Positions 21,011 to 31,239 of a DNA stretch of 64,000 nucleotides are shown one piece after another (the first letter of the stretch is position 1; each line of letters begins with the position of its first letter). Under the pieces are notes generated by a model. That model saw only the letters and a program-made list of their open reading frames with translations, had not been told where the DNA came from and did not search any database. The stretch lies in contig JBAZFB010000002.1 of NCBI GenBank assembly GCA_041653595.1, forward strand, positions 68,579-132,578, in the 5' to 3' direction. The stretch comes from Candidatus Omnitrophota bacterium (GTDB taxonomy: Bacteria > Omnitrophota > Gorgyraeia > Pluralincolimonadales > Pluralincolimonadaceae). The position numbers were made by a program, and so were the translations under genes.

Positions 21011-21793
21011 ATGAGAGCCGGTAAAACCCCTATTTGTTTGCAAATCAAGGAGCAAATGGCATTAAGCATAACAGCTTATTGTGCCTTGCTCCTTTTTGTT
21101 TTCAACCAACCTGCTTTAGCGCAGGGCGGGGACGTCATATTGTGGGACGGGCTTGAAAGTAGCAGCAATTGGAGCATGAACACCGGCGGCAAAATGGCCG
21201 TTACCTCCGACTACAAGACAGAGGGGAGCAGCAGCCTGGCGGTGAACGTTAACGGGGAGATCCCCGCGAGCGGCGTCATCATCAGGAAGGCGAACGCCAA
21301 TCTTAATGTTTCTTTCGCGAACCAGGTGATCCTGGATATCTATAACAGCGGAGACCCCTGCCAGATAGCGCTCGCTTTCGAGACAGGCAATTACCACGAA
21401 AGCGTTCCCAAGACCCTCAAAAGCGGGATGAACAATAACGTCACATTTGAGATCAGCTCAAAAGATTTCAAGGCCCCGTTTGATTATGCCACTACGGCAA
21501 ATAACGTGATGTTCGTGGTGTATCCAGGCGGCGGTCCGGTAGACCCGTTTTATCTCGATAATATCCGCGTAAAAAAATACGGCGGGCTCCAATCGGTGCC
21601 TCCCGGGATCTCGCCCGCTATACAGGTCGCCGCGGCAGAAGAAACGCCTGTCGAAGCGGCCCCGGAATACACAGGCGCTTACAGCATATTAAACGGTTCG
21701 GTGCCCAACGAGAATACGGTGCCGGAACACAAGACCGCCGTCATATTCGGCCTGGGCCTCGCCGGCCTCCTTTTTTATCGAAAAAAATCCTAA
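21011..21793 (+). CDS. secreted beta-sandwich-type protein with C-terminal PEP-CTERM-like sorting signal (start probably at 21056)
   Basis: Signal peptide. Paralogous to the 24220 and 24845 proteins (shared 'F/YLDNI/DDI' C-terminal motif). Tail 'VPEHKTAVIFGLGLAGLLFYRKKS' is a PEP-CTERM-like motif, TM and basic cluster. Confidence 0.55.
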   Translation: MRAGKTPICLQIKEQMALSITAYCALLLFVFNQPALAQGGDVILWDGLESSSNWSMNTGGKMAVTSDYKTEGSSSLAVNVNGEIPASGVIIRKANANLNVSFANQVILDIYNSGDPCQIALAFETGNYHESVPKTLKSGMNNNVTFEISSKDFKAPFDYATTANNVMFVVYPGGGPVDPFYLDNIRVKKYGGLQSVPPGISPAIQVAAAEETPVEAAPEYTGAYSILNGSVPNENTVPEHKTAVIFGLGLAGLLFYRKKS

Positions 21794-21816
21794 AAACTTC
21801 CCAATTACGGTATAAT

Positions 21817-22512
21817 ATGCGCATGCGTAAATCACTTTTTATCACGTTGGTTTTGCTTTTCCTGTTTTATCCTTCCCGCGTTTACGCGGCTCCGGCATAC
21901 GGCACCGATACGCCGGACAAAGGAAAGATCTCGATAGGGTATCAAGCCAACCTTGTATTTAAACACAGCTTAAACGACTCCAACGGCAGGATCAGGAGCT
22001 ACCAGCATTTTGTCGACCTCTCTTACGGCGTGTTAGACTGGTTCGCGTTCGACGGCAAACTTGGCGTCGGCGACGTCAGGCAGAGCGGAGGAGAGAGGCC
22101 GGAGATAAATTTCGGGACAGGTTTCGCCGGCGGATACGGGTTCAGGATCCTCCTCTGGAACAAGCCCGCGTATAAGGCCAGGGCCACTTTAGGCTTGCAT
22201 CATATAAGCGTCCATCCCACGGATGAGAATGTCGGCGGTAATTTGTACGAGACTTTCCTCGATGATTGGCAGCTCGACCTCCTCGCGTCCAAGAAATTCG
22301 GGAAGTTCGAGCCGTTCGTCGGCGGGAAAGCGTCGCTGTTCGACCAGGGCTATCGCGTAAACCACGGCGACAGGAAAAGGATGCACCCGAAATATTACGG
22401 CGGCGTTATAGCCGGCTGCGGGTTCGACATCAGGGATGACTTGACCCTGAAGGTAGAAGGCCATTTCATAGACGAAGATTCGCTGAGCGCCGGCCTTTAT
22501 TACAAATACTGA
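21817..22512 (+). CDS. outer-membrane beta-barrel protein
   Basis: Signal peptide, alternating amphipathic strands, C-terminal aromatic 'GLYYKY'. Confidence 0.6.
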   Translation: MRMRKSLFITLVLLFLFYPSRVYAAPAYGTDTPDKGKISIGYQANLVFKHSLNDSNGRIRSYQHFVDLSYGVLDWFAFDGKLGVGDVRQSGGERPEINFGTGFAGGYGFRILLWNKPAYKARATLGLHHISVHPTDENVGGNLYETFLDDWQLDLLASKKFGKFEPFVGGKASLFDQGYRVNHGDRKRMHPKYYGGVIAGCGFDIRDDLTLKVEGHFIDEDSLSAGLYYKY

Positions 22513-22529
22513 AAGAAGGGAAAAGGGAT

Positions 22530-23024
22530 ATGGATATCTTTGAAGCGTTTAAAAGCAGGATAAGCGTCAGGGAATACAGCGATAAACCCGTTGAAAAAGA
22601 GAAATTAGAGAAGATGGTCGATGCCGGCCGCCTGGCCCCGACCGCGAGGGGCGAACAGCCGTGGGAATTTGTAGTCGTAACCAACAAGGAAAAGGTAAAG
22701 GAACTCGCGAATATCACCGACCACGGCAAATTCATGGCAGAGGCATCGGCGGCAATAGTCACGTTCTGCAAGGACACCAAGTATTACCTTGAGGACGGAT
22801 GCGGCGCTACCGAGAACATCCTTCTCGCCGCCGCCGCACAGGGAGTAGCGTCCTGCTGGATAGCCGGGGATAAGAAAGACTACGGGATAGGGATCGCGAA
22901 AGCCCTCGATGTCCCGGCAGATCTTAAATTGATAAGCATCATATCGCTCGGTTATCCTAAAGAAAAACCCCGATCTCACCAGAAGCGTCCGCTGAAAGAA
23001 GTCATCCACTGGGAGAAGTTTTAA
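22530..23024 (+). CDS. nitroreductase family protein
   Basis: 'RISVREYSDKPVEKEKLEKMVDAGRLAPTARGEQPWEFVVV' nitroreductase fold signature. Confidence 0.8.
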   Translation: MDIFEAFKSRISVREYSDKPVEKEKLEKMVDAGRLAPTARGEQPWEFVVVTNKEKVKELANITDHGKFMAEASAAIVTFCKDTKYYLEDGCGATENILLAAAAQGVASCWIAGDKKDYGIGIAKALDVPADLKLISIISLGYPKEKPRSHQKRPLKEVIHWEKF

Positions 23025-23069
23025 TTGTTATTCCCGCGTAAGCGGGAATCCAGACCAAAGGAGAGCGAC

Positions 23070-23303
23070 ATGAAAAAGGTAAAAATTTACAGCACTCCCA
23101 CCTGCCCGTATTGCATAAGGGCGAAAAAATTCCTGGAAGAAAATAATATACCATTTGAGAATTTTGACGTCTCCGCGGACCAGCAGAAATCCGAGGAGAT
23201 GGTCAAGCTCTCCGGCCAGATGGGCGTCCCGGTCTTAGACATCGAGGGCAAGATAATAGTCGGCTTCGATAAAGAAGAGATAAAAAAAGAATTGGGGATA
23301 TGA
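23070..23303 (+). CDS. glutaredoxin (NrdH/Grx-like)
   Basis: 'KIYSTPTCPYCIRAKKFLEE' CPYC active site. ATG at 23070 after GGAG RBS. Confidence 0.85.
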   Translation: MKKVKIYSTPTCPYCIRAKKFLEENNIPFENFDVSADQQKSEEMVKLSGQMGVPVLDIEGKIIVGFDKEEIKKELGI

Positions 23304-24205
23304 CCGTTTACGACCTGATAATCATAGGCGCCGGGCCCGCAGGGATCACAGCGGCCGTTTACGCGGCGCGCAAAAAAATGAGCATACTGGTCATTAGCCC
23401 GGATATCGGCGGGCAGGCCGCTTGGAGCGGCGACATCGAGAATTATACCGGCTACCAGTTCATAAGCGGGCCTGACCTTGCAGCGAAATTTGAAGAGCAT
23501 ATGCGCAAGTATAATATCGCGCTCAAGGAAGGCGAGATGGTTACCGGCCTTAAAAAACTGGTCGATACGGCGCTGGTAAAGACCGACAAGGGCGAGTACC
23601 GGGGCAAGGCCGTAATAGTGGCTTCCGGCAAGAAGTCCCGCGAACTGAGGGTGCCGGGGGAGAAAGAGTTCAAGAACAGGGGGGTGACCTATTGCGCCAC
23701 CTGCGACGGCCCGTTATTTTCCGGGAAGGATGTGGCTATTATAGGCGGCGGCAACTCTGCCCTTGACGCCGCCCTGCAAATGTTAAAGATAGCGAAAAAG
23801 ATATACGTCATAAATAATACTTCGCGGCTTGGGGGAGACCCGGTGATGCGCGAAAAGGTCGAAAAAGACCCTATCGTCACGGTGTTTAACGAGAGCCGCG
23901 TTATTGCTGTTTTGGGCGACAAATTTGTAAATTCCATAAAGATAGCTGTCAGCGGCGAGGAACGCACCGTAAACGTCCAGGGGATCTTTGTAGAGATAGG
24001 CCTGATCCCGAACGCTGATTTTGCCAAAGACCTGTCCAAGAACGAGGTTGGCGAGATCAAGGTCAATAGCCGCAACGAGACGAACATCCCGGGCATCTTC
24101 GCTGCCGGCGACGTCACCGATGTCCCCGAGAAGCAGATAATCATCGCCGCAGGTGAGGGTTCCAAGGCCTGCCTGAGCGCGTTCAGGTATTTGTCGGAAC
24201 ACTGA
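23300..24205 (+). CDS. trxB: thioredoxin-disulfide reductase
   Basis: FAD 'IIGAGPAG', redox 'CATCDG', NADPH 'GGGNSA' motifs. Confidence 0.9.
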   Translation: MTVYDLIIIGAGPAGITAAVYAARKKMSILVISPDIGGQAAWSGDIENYTGYQFISGPDLAAKFEEHMRKYNIALKEGEMVTGLKKLVDTALVKTDKGEYRGKAVIVASGKKSRELRVPGEKEFKNRGVTYCATCDGPLFSGKDVAIIGGGNSALDAALQMLKIAKKIYVINNTSRLGGDPVMREKVEKDPIVTVFNESRVIAVLGDKFVNSIKIAVSGEERTVNVQGIFVEIGLIPNADFAKDLSKNEVGEIKVNSRNETNIPGIFAAGDVTDVPEKQIIIAAGEGSKACLSAFRYLSEH

Positions 24206-24219
24206 GGAGGAATGAACCT

Positions 24220-24831
24220 ATGAAAGTAATTGTTTTATCCGTTCTTTTGTTATGTGTGCTTGTGATGCCCTCCGGGGCTGTGCTTGCCGCGGACCTTATG
24301 GTGGCAAGTTTTGAGAATAACGGCCGCAGCGATATCGGCACCGATATCGGCACGTGGGATTACAACCCCGCCGACCCTAACCAGAGCTGTTCCATCGAGG
24401 TAGTCACCTCGAAGGACGTATTGGGCAAAGTAGGGGTCGAGACCCATGTCCTGAAGATATCATATAGTGTGGCGTCGTCTATGCCGGCGTTCAACGGCAT
24501 CTATATCAAGCTCAACAACGCGGACCTCAGCTCTTACGACGAGATGAGCATGTTGATAAAGGGCGACAGCGAAAGGGGATTTACGACCCAATTCAAGATC
24601 GAGATGAAAAACGACAAGGGCGAGCGCGTGGTATACCTTGTCAAAGACATAACCCTCGGATGGCAAAAGATGGTAATACCGATGCAGGAGCTGAAGGCGC
24701 TGGGCTCGATATCCGATTGGTCGAAGATGAAAGAGCTCGTCTTCACGTTCGACGACATAACCGCGGATGTCAGGCAGGGCGCCATTTATGTTGACGATAT
24801 AATGTTCTCGAAGAAAGAACAATCCCAATAG
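24220..24831 (+). CDS. secreted paralog-family protein (CBM-like beta-sandwich)
   Basis: Signal peptide. C-terminal 'GAIYVDDIMFSKK'. Paralog of the 21011 and 24845 proteins. Confidence 0.5.
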   Translation: MKVIVLSVLLLCVLVMPSGAVLAADLMVASFENNGRSDIGTDIGTWDYNPADPNQSCSIEVVTSKDVLGKVGVETHVLKISYSVASSMPAFNGIYIKLNNADLSSYDEMSMLIKGDSERGFTTQFKIEMKNDKGERVVYLVKDITLGWQKMVIPMQELKALGSISDWSKMKELVFTFDDITADVRQGAIYVDDIMFSKKEQSQ

Positions 24832-24844
24832 GAAGGGGACAAAT

Positions 24845-25537
24845 ATGCGCTCTAAGAAGATGATCCTATTATTGCTTTTGGCGGCGGGGCTTTTGGTGCC
24901 GGGCCCTGTCTTTTGCGAAGAGATGCAGGTCAGTGTCCTCAAGATAGATGATTTTGACGGCAAAGTGATGTTCAACTTGCTGGGCGGTAAGGCGCAGGGC
25001 TATGAGGAAGCCGGGATCAAGTGCATACCGTCATTTACCGATGACCCCAAAGAAAGGTACGGCGACAAAGGCGCGTCGCTCAAGCTTGATTTTGACGTTA
25101 CCAAGAGAGGGAGTTTCGCTTTTTACTGGACTATGCTGACCGTCAAGAAGAATATCGAAGCCGAAGGCAGGAATGTCGAGGTAATCTCTTTTGCGGCCCT
25201 GCGCGGCCACGATTTCCTGGAATTCCAATTCAAGGACCCGAAGGGGGGAGCCGACTTAACGATAGAGGTACATGAGGATGCCGACGGCGACGGCGTATAT
25301 ATGATGGGGGTAGACAGGTCATCTATGGTGGATGCCGATCCGTATATCGACAGGACCGCCACCGGAAAATGGCAGAAGATATCGATACCGCTTATCAAAT
25401 TTGCGAACATCAAGGACTGGAACCGCATCCTCGAGATAGTCTTCGTCTTCAAGAGCGGATACGGGATACCCAAGGGGACGGTTTATCTGGACGACCTGGA
25501 ATTGGTAAAATATCCGAAGGAAGAGCCTTCGCAATAG
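24845..25537 (+). CDS. secreted paralog-family protein (CBM-like beta-sandwich)
   Basis: Signal peptide. C-terminal 'GTVYLDDLELVKY'. Confidence 0.5.
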   Translation: MRSKKMILLLLLAAGLLVPGPVFCEEMQVSVLKIDDFDGKVMFNLLGGKAQGYEEAGIKCIPSFTDDPKERYGDKGASLKLDFDVTKRGSFAFYWTMLTVKKNIEAEGRNVEVISFAALRGHDFLEFQFKDPKGGADLTIEVHEDADGDGVYMMGVDRSSMVDADPYIDRTATGKWQKISIPLIKFANIKDWNRILEIVFVFKSGYGIPKGTVYLDDLELVKYPKEEPSQ

Positions 25538-25559
25538 GGCTCCGTAGATCTCGAAAGGA

Positions 25560-26090
25560 GTGGAGATGAAAAGAATACTTTTTGTTTTTGTTTTAAGCGC
25601 CGCCTTGTTTTCTCCGGTTGCCGGCAGCAACGCGGAAGAACAAAGGACTTACATGAGCCCTTATTTCAATTTCGCGATAAATTATCCTTCTTCCTGGCAA
25701 GCCAGGGAATTAAGCGGGATGGTATTCTTTTTGTCTCCGCGCGAGGGTAACTCAGACGGTTTTACAGAAAACGTCGGTGTCAATATCGAAGACCTGGCTA
25801 AGAATCCGATGAGTTTGAATGAGTATGAGACGATTTCGCTTACGAATGCCCCAAGCATAATACCGGCTTTTAAATTGATAGAAAAGAACAACGCTAAAAT
25901 AGACGGCAGGGATGCTTATTTTATGGTTTATACAGGCAGCGCCCAGACTAGAAGCCTTAAATATAAGTCATACACATTTATCACGGATTCAAAGGCGTTC
26001 ACCTTGACTTATTCAGCCGAAAAGAAGAATTATGATAAATACCTGAAACGGGCTGAACTCATAATGAAATCCATTAAGATAACTCATTGA
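25560..26090 (+). CDS. hypothetical secreted protein
   Basis: Signal peptide 'FVLSAALFSPVAGSNA'. Confidence 0.5.
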   Translation: MEMKRILFVFVLSAALFSPVAGSNAEEQRTYMSPYFNFAINYPSSWQARELSGMVFFLSPREGNSDGFTENVGVNIEDLAKNPMSLNEYETISLTNAPSIIPAFKLIEKNNAKIDGRDAYFMVYTGSAQTRSLKYKSYTFITDSKAFTLTYSAEKKNYDKYLKRAELIMKSIKITH

Positions 26091-26138
26091 TATAGGGGAC
26101 GTGTCAAAAGGGGACAGGTTAATAGGGGGATAGGCAAA

Positions 26139-26654
26139 ATGGAACGTAAAGGTATCGTGACATTCAAGGGAAACCCGATAACTTTAGTGGGGGAGGAAGT
26201 AAAGGTCGGGCAGAAGGCGCCGGATTTTAAGGCATTGGCCGCGGATTTAAGCGAAACAGGGCTTGACGCCTTCAATGGCAAGATAAAGCTTATCGCATCG
26301 GTGCCGTCTTTGGATACGCCTGTCTGCGACCTCCAGATCAAGCGCTTTAATGATGAAGCCTCAAAAATATCCAAGGACGTGGCAATAATTTTCATCAGCA
26401 TGGACTTGCCGTTTGCCCAGAAGCGGTTTTGCCAGGAATATGAGATAAATAAGGTCAAGACGCTCTCAGACCACAGGGACGCGAATTTTGGGCTTAATTA
26501 CGGGGTCCTGATAAAGGAATTGCGGCTGCTTGCCAGGGCGATCTTCATAGTAGACAAGGACGGCAAGGTCACATACGTGGAATACGTCAAGGAACTCGGC
26601 TCAGAGCCCGATTACGAGGGAGCCCTGAAAGCCCTTAGCGCCAGCATCGCATAA
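26139..26654 (+). CDS. tpx: thiol peroxidase (atypical 2-Cys peroxiredoxin)
   Basis: 'SVPSLDTPVCDLQIKRFN' peroxidatic Cys context typical of Tpx. Confidence 0.9.
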   Translation: MERKGIVTFKGNPITLVGEEVKVGQKAPDFKALAADLSETGLDAFNGKIKLIASVPSLDTPVCDLQIKRFNDEASKISKDVAIIFISMDLPFAQKRFCQEYEINKVKTLSDHRDANFGLNYGVLIKELRLLARAIFIVDKDGKVTYVEYVKELGSEPDYEGALKALSASIA

Positions 26655-26674
26655 GTCAGGAAAGGGGATAAGGC

Positions 26675-27163
26675 GTGATAAAAAGGTGCAAGAAATGCAG
26701 GGTCCCGCTGGAAGGGTTTATGTATGAATGCATAGCGGCCACGATCTTCAAGATCAAGCCATCCTCAAAAGACCCGGAATTGTGTAATAAGTGCGAAGAC
26801 ATCACAAACATCCCGGTCCGGATCACAAGCGCATTTAAAGACCTGGTGGTGCTGATCGTTATCACCGTCATCATATTGGTCATCTCATATTTTTTTAACG
26901 TATTTGAGTTTATCGTAAGCTTGTTCAATAAATATCCCCATTTGATAACTTACGTTGACGAGATCATAACATTCCTTTTGACTTTAAGCATCGGCTTCGC
27001 GATCTTCTCCTGGCGCAGGTGGCGGGAAGTCAAGAGAGAGGCCGCTGAATGCATAAGACTGCAGGAAGAGCTTGTCATGGTCGCCAATACAAAGGCGGAA
27101 ACAGAGAAGATCATCAGTAAACAGCTTCACAGCGAGATCGAGTTGCGCAAGCAAAAGCGGTGA
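26675..27163 (+). CDS. hypothetical membrane protein with N-terminal CxxC…CxxC and C-terminal coiled coil
   Basis: 'CKKCRVPLEGFMYEC...CNKCED' followed by TM helices. Confidence 0.45.
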   Translation: MIKRCKKCRVPLEGFMYECIAATIFKIKPSSKDPELCNKCEDITNIPVRITSAFKDLVVLIVITVIILVISYFFNVFEFIVSLFNKYPHLITYVDEIITFLLTLSIGFAIFSWRRWREVKREAAECIRLQEELVMVANTKAETEKIISKQLHSEIELRKQKR

Positions 27164-27298
27164 GAATAGGAGTAAAATAAAGTCAGTAAAGTGTCCCAAA
27201 GTGACACGTCCCCAAAATCCCTCCAAATAGCAATAAATTCCTCTTGAAATAATCTCAATTAATGGTACATTAGAGTATCTTCGAAACGTGATGAAAAT

Positions 27299-27868
27299 AT
27301 GAGAAAATCAACCATAATAATAATCGCAATCCTGCTAATGAGCCCTGCGGCGGCAAGCGCCAATCTGCTGGTCAACCCGGGATTTGAGACGGGTAATTTC
27401 AGCGGATGGGCTCCCTACGTTTTTGGCTCTGAAAATGTATCAAATGCAAACCCTCACACGGGCCAGTATGAGGCAAGGATAACTAACTATGGATGGATAA
27501 CCCAAACCGTCAATTTAACGCCGAATGCCACCTATAAACTTTCTTCATTCCTGTATATGCCGCAAGACGGCGGTGACGCGTCGATCTCCATAACTTTTTA
27601 TAACGCTACCGGCACGACTTCCTTCCAGCAGGAGCGTTCCTGGCAGCGGATCCCGGGAGACCAGCAATACGATAAGATAGAAACGGACTGGCTGGTTGCC
27701 CCAAGTTATACCGCTTATGCCAAGGTGCGCTGCTCAGTCGCTTCAGCCGGCAGCTATATAGACTTCGATGACGTCAGCCTGGACGTTGTACCGGAACCAA
27801 GCTCGCTCGTTCTTTTGCTTACCGGCCTCACAGGATTATCCGGTTTAGGCTTTAAGAAAAGGAAGTAG
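27299..27868 (+). CDS. PEP-CTERM sorting-domain protein
   Basis: Signal peptide. C-terminus 'DVVPEPSSLVLLLTGLTGLSGLGFKKRK' is a canonical VPEP, TM and basic PEP-CTERM motif. Confidence 0.8.
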   Translation: MRKSTIIIIAILLMSPAAASANLLVNPGFETGNFSGWAPYVFGSENVSNANPHTGQYEARITNYGWITQTVNLTPNATYKLSSFLYMPQDGGDASISITFYNATGTTSFQQERSWQRIPGDQQYDKIETDWLVAPSYTAYAKVRCSVASAGSYIDFDDVSLDVVPEPSSLVLLLTGLTGLSGLGFKKRK

Positions 27869-27969
27869 ACCCCGCCTCGTTTCAAATTGACTGGCCCTCC
27901 CCAATGGTGTATCATATCCCCGTATTCCGTATACTACTATAATAAGACAACTTAAATAGGGGGGGAAAA

Positions 27970-30900
27970 ATGAAAAAGGGATCAAGGCGTGAATCATCTT
28001 CGAGTTTGCTATATGCGGCCATGTTTGTTTTGTTTATTCTTTCCGGCTCCAATCCGGCCTTTGCCGGTACGGTCACCATTATACAAGGTGATACGGTAAA
28101 CTGGGGCGACGCTTTAGATGCGCCTTATTACACCGGAGCGTCGACAGGCACTTACCAAACCACACTTACCGGGCAGAATATTGCCGGGCCTATTACGTTT
28201 TTGAATTCGGGAAGCATCGGCACATTGTCCCTCGCCGGCGCTTCTTCGATCGGAGGTGCCATCGGCAGCTCCTCCAGCAGTCTTAACTTGATGAATATAA
28301 ACGGAGCCGCAGGAACAGTCACTCTCAACGGGGCTTCAAATTATATTACGACAACGAATTTTGTAAACCCGGCAGCCGGCGCAATCCTTTCATTGGCTCC
28401 GGGAATAACTTTAAACGGAAGTATCACAACCTCAAATCCCGGGATCGGTATAGTGGAATTTCAAACTACCGGCGGTACGGCGGCAACGATAAATGGCAAT
28501 ATCGGCGGTGGCAACGCCCTTGCTGAAGTCGACGTGTATCAGGGATCAAGCGCGATCAACGGAAATGTTACAGCCACAAATTTTGCTTTTAAAGGAAATG
28601 GCGGCAGTCTTACGGTCGGAGCCGGGTATAGCATTACGACCGCTAACCCGATCACCGTGACTACGCCCAATTCAAGTACGATCACTTATCTCGGGTCAAC
28701 GACGATCGGCCAGGACCTTGCTACGGCAGGTAACAAATTTGTCAATATTAATTTCAGAGGCGGCTTAGTAACCCTGGGAGCTAATCTCTATTCTCTCATT
28801 ACGACGGTTGATAGCGCGAGCCTGGATTTGACAGGTGACAGGACTGTCGGCACCGCACTTCTTTCACTAGTAAACGCCGGTAGCATTACAGGGGCGGGGA
28901 AAAAGTTGACTTTAGTTGGCGGCTATTTTGATATGCAGAGCGGCGCGGCCTCTGCCATTCTGGATGGCGCGGTTGACCTGACTAAAACAACGGCCGGGAC
29001 AGTAACGCTTTCCGGCGCCAACACCTTCAGCGGACGGTTGACCGTGGAGGACGGCAAACTGGCAGTCGCTACGATCAATAACGTTAGCGCTAACGGTACG
29101 CTGGGCAACAGCGCGCTGGCCGTAATCCTCGGGACAGCCGGCGGCAATACCGGTACACTGCAATACACCGGCAACACCGCCACCAGTACCAAGCCCTTCA
29201 CGATGACCACCGGCGGAACCGGTGCATTCCAGATCGATACAGCAACTCAGATCTTGAGCCTCGACGGAATAATTGACGGTGGGGGCAACCTGACTAAGAC
29301 CGGCGCGGGTATTCTTGACTTAGGTGGCGCGAACACTTACACCGGAGCCACGACAGTCAACGCCGGAATGCTCAGAGCCGGAATAGCCAACGTCGCCTTT
29401 GGCGTGGGCTCAGCCGTGACAGTTGCGACCGGAGCGACGCTGAATTTATCCGGCGGAAACCAGACGATAGGCTCGCTCGCGGGAGCCGGCACAATAACTA
29501 GTGATGGTGTACCTGCCACATTGACAGCAGGCGGAGACAACACATCGACCACCTTTTCCGGAATCATTAATAGTGTTGGTGCAACTGTAGCGCTGACCAA
29601 GACCGGTGCGGGCACGCTTACCCTAAGCGGCGCCAATACCTATTCCGGCGCTACCGCGATAAATGCAGGCACAGTGGTTGCCTCTAACGCCAGCGCCCTC
29701 GGCAACGGATCAGCAGTTACAGTTGCAAATGGGGCTACACTCGATGTCGGCACGACCAATGTCACCGTTAACGCCATCTATACCCAGCAAGCCGGATCAA
29801 ATTTTAATTTGACCATCGCGAGCCCGTCTTCATCGGGTAAAATAACATCTAATGCCAATGCGACCGTAGCCGCAACGAGCACCGTCAATGTGACGGTCGC
29901 TAGCGGCTCCTATATTGCAAGTAAGACCACATTTACGGTAGTAGACGGCTCAGGCGGCGCCGGGGTAAATGTCCCCGGCACGATCACATCAAGCGATCCC
30001 CGCCTGAAGTTCTCAGGTTTAAGCTTAAACGGCGACCTTATTTTAACTGTAGACCGCTCCGCAAGCGGTTTCTCCAGCTTAGGCACAAATTCTAATTCTT
30101 CTGCCGTTGGCGCTACGCTCGATAATATTACGACCCCGTCAACCGACATGACGACCGTCTTAAATACGCTTGAAGGACTGAGCAATTCCCAAACAGCCTC
30201 AGCCCTTGATACCGTCACCCCCACTGTAGACAACGGTGTGACTAATACCAGCAATACCTCAATCATCCAGTTCATCGGGACCTCTACCGACAGGTTAGAG
30301 GGGCTCTTCGTCCAGGCGCATAATGAAGAGACCGGCGTCTCTACCGGAAGCAAGGGATCAAGCGGCTTTGAAGCCTGGGGCAGGGGATTCGGTGAATACG
30401 CCCACCAGGACCCTCGCGGCATAAGTAACGGCTACCACGCCACCATCTGGGGCACGGCCATCGGAGGAGACCTCCCGATCTTTAACGACAGGGCCCGCTT
30501 AGGCGTTAGCGGCGGCTACGCGGCATCCGACATAAACTCTAAAGATAACAGCGGCGCAACCAATATCAACAGCTACCAGTCGGCCTTCTACGGCGGCTAC
30601 ATAGACCGCGATAAGCCCTACTACATAAACGGCGCATTCTCCTTTGCCTATAATACCTACCGCGGCAAGAGAAATATCGATGTAGGCGCAATTAGAAGGA
30701 TAGCCAACTCCAGCTATAGAGGTCAACAGTACTCCGTACTCTTTGACGGCGGTTATACCTTCAAGACCAAACAAGTCAATATAACCCCGATAGCCTCACT
30801 TCAATACATCCACCTGCACATCCAGAGCTACACCGAGACAGGCGCCGATGCATTGAACTTAAGCGTGGCAAGCCAGGATTATGACCTGCTCGAGACAGGC

Positions 30901-31200
30901 CTGGGCGCAAAACTCGACCGTTCCTTCGATGTCAGCTACGGCAGGATGATCCCGGAGGTGCATGTCAAGTGGCTCTACGACGCCATAACCGACAAACAGG
31001 CCACCACATCGACCTTCTCAGGCGGCGGCGGCTCATTCGCCACCAATGGTTTTACTCCCGCCCGTAACGCCTTAAACGTCGGAGGACGTCTTGCACTGGT
31101 CACAAAAGGCAACTGGAGTTTTGACGCCAACTACGACTTCGAATACAAACAGGACTTCACTTCCCATACGGGATGGGCGGATGTAAGATACAGCTTCTAG
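27970..31200 (+). CDS. autotransporter with PATR-repeat passenger and C-terminal beta-barrel translocator
   Basis: Signal peptide. Many 'LTKTGAGTLTLSGANTYSGATxINAGTL' autotransporter-associated beta-strand repeats. C-terminal barrel ending 'WADVRYSF'. Confidence 0.8.
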   Translation: MKKGSRRESSSSLLYAAMFVLFILSGSNPAFAGTVTIIQGDTVNWGDALDAPYYTGASTGTYQTTLTGQNIAGPITFLNSGSIGTLSLAGASSIGGAIGSSSSSLNLMNINGAAGTVTLNGASNYITTTNFVNPAAGAILSLAPGITLNGSITTSNPGIGIVEFQTTGGTAATINGNIGGGNALAEVDVYQGSSAINGNVTATNFAFKGNGGSLTVGAGYSITTANPITVTTPNSSTITYLGSTTIGQDLATAGNKFVNINFRGGLVTLGANLYSLITTVDSASLDLTGDRTVGTALLSLVNAGSITGAGKKLTLVGGYFDMQSGAASAILDGAVDLTKTTAGTVTLSGANTFSGRLTVEDGKLAVATINNVSANGTLGNSALAVILGTAGGNTGTLQYTGNTATSTKPFTMTTGGTGAFQIDTATQILSLDGIIDGGGNLTKTGAGILDLGGANTYTGATTVNAGMLRAGIANVAFGVGSAVTVATGATLNLSGGNQTIGSLAGAGTITSDGVPATLTAGGDNTSTTFSGIINSVGATVALTKTGAGTLTLSGANTYSGATAINAGTVVASNASALGNGSAVTVANGATLDVGTTNVTVNAIYTQQAGSNFNLTIASPSSSGKITSNANATVAATSTVNVTVASGSYIASKTTFTVVDGSGGAGVNVPGTITSSDPRLKFSGLSLNGDLILTVDRSASGFSSLGTNSNSSAVGATLDNITTPSTDMTTVLNTLEGLSNSQTASALDTVTPTVDNGVTNTSNTSIIQFIGTSTDRLEGLFVQAHNEETGVSTGSKGSSGFEAWGRGFGEYAHQDPRGISNGYHATIWGTAIGGDLPIFNDRARLGVSGGYAASDINSKDNSGATNINSYQSAFYGGYIDRDKPYYINGAFSFAYNTYRGKRNIDVGAIRRIANSSYRGQQYSVLFDGGYTFKTKQVNITPIASLQYIHLHIQSYTETGADALNLSVASQDYDLLETGLGAKLDRSFDVSYGRMIPEVHVKWLYDAITDKQATTSTFSGGGGSFATNGFTPARNALNVGGRLALVTKGNWSFDANYDFEYKQDFTSHTGWADVRYSF

Positions 31201-31239
31201 GATTATTTCCCCGCATGCAAACCTTAGGGAGACGGATTC

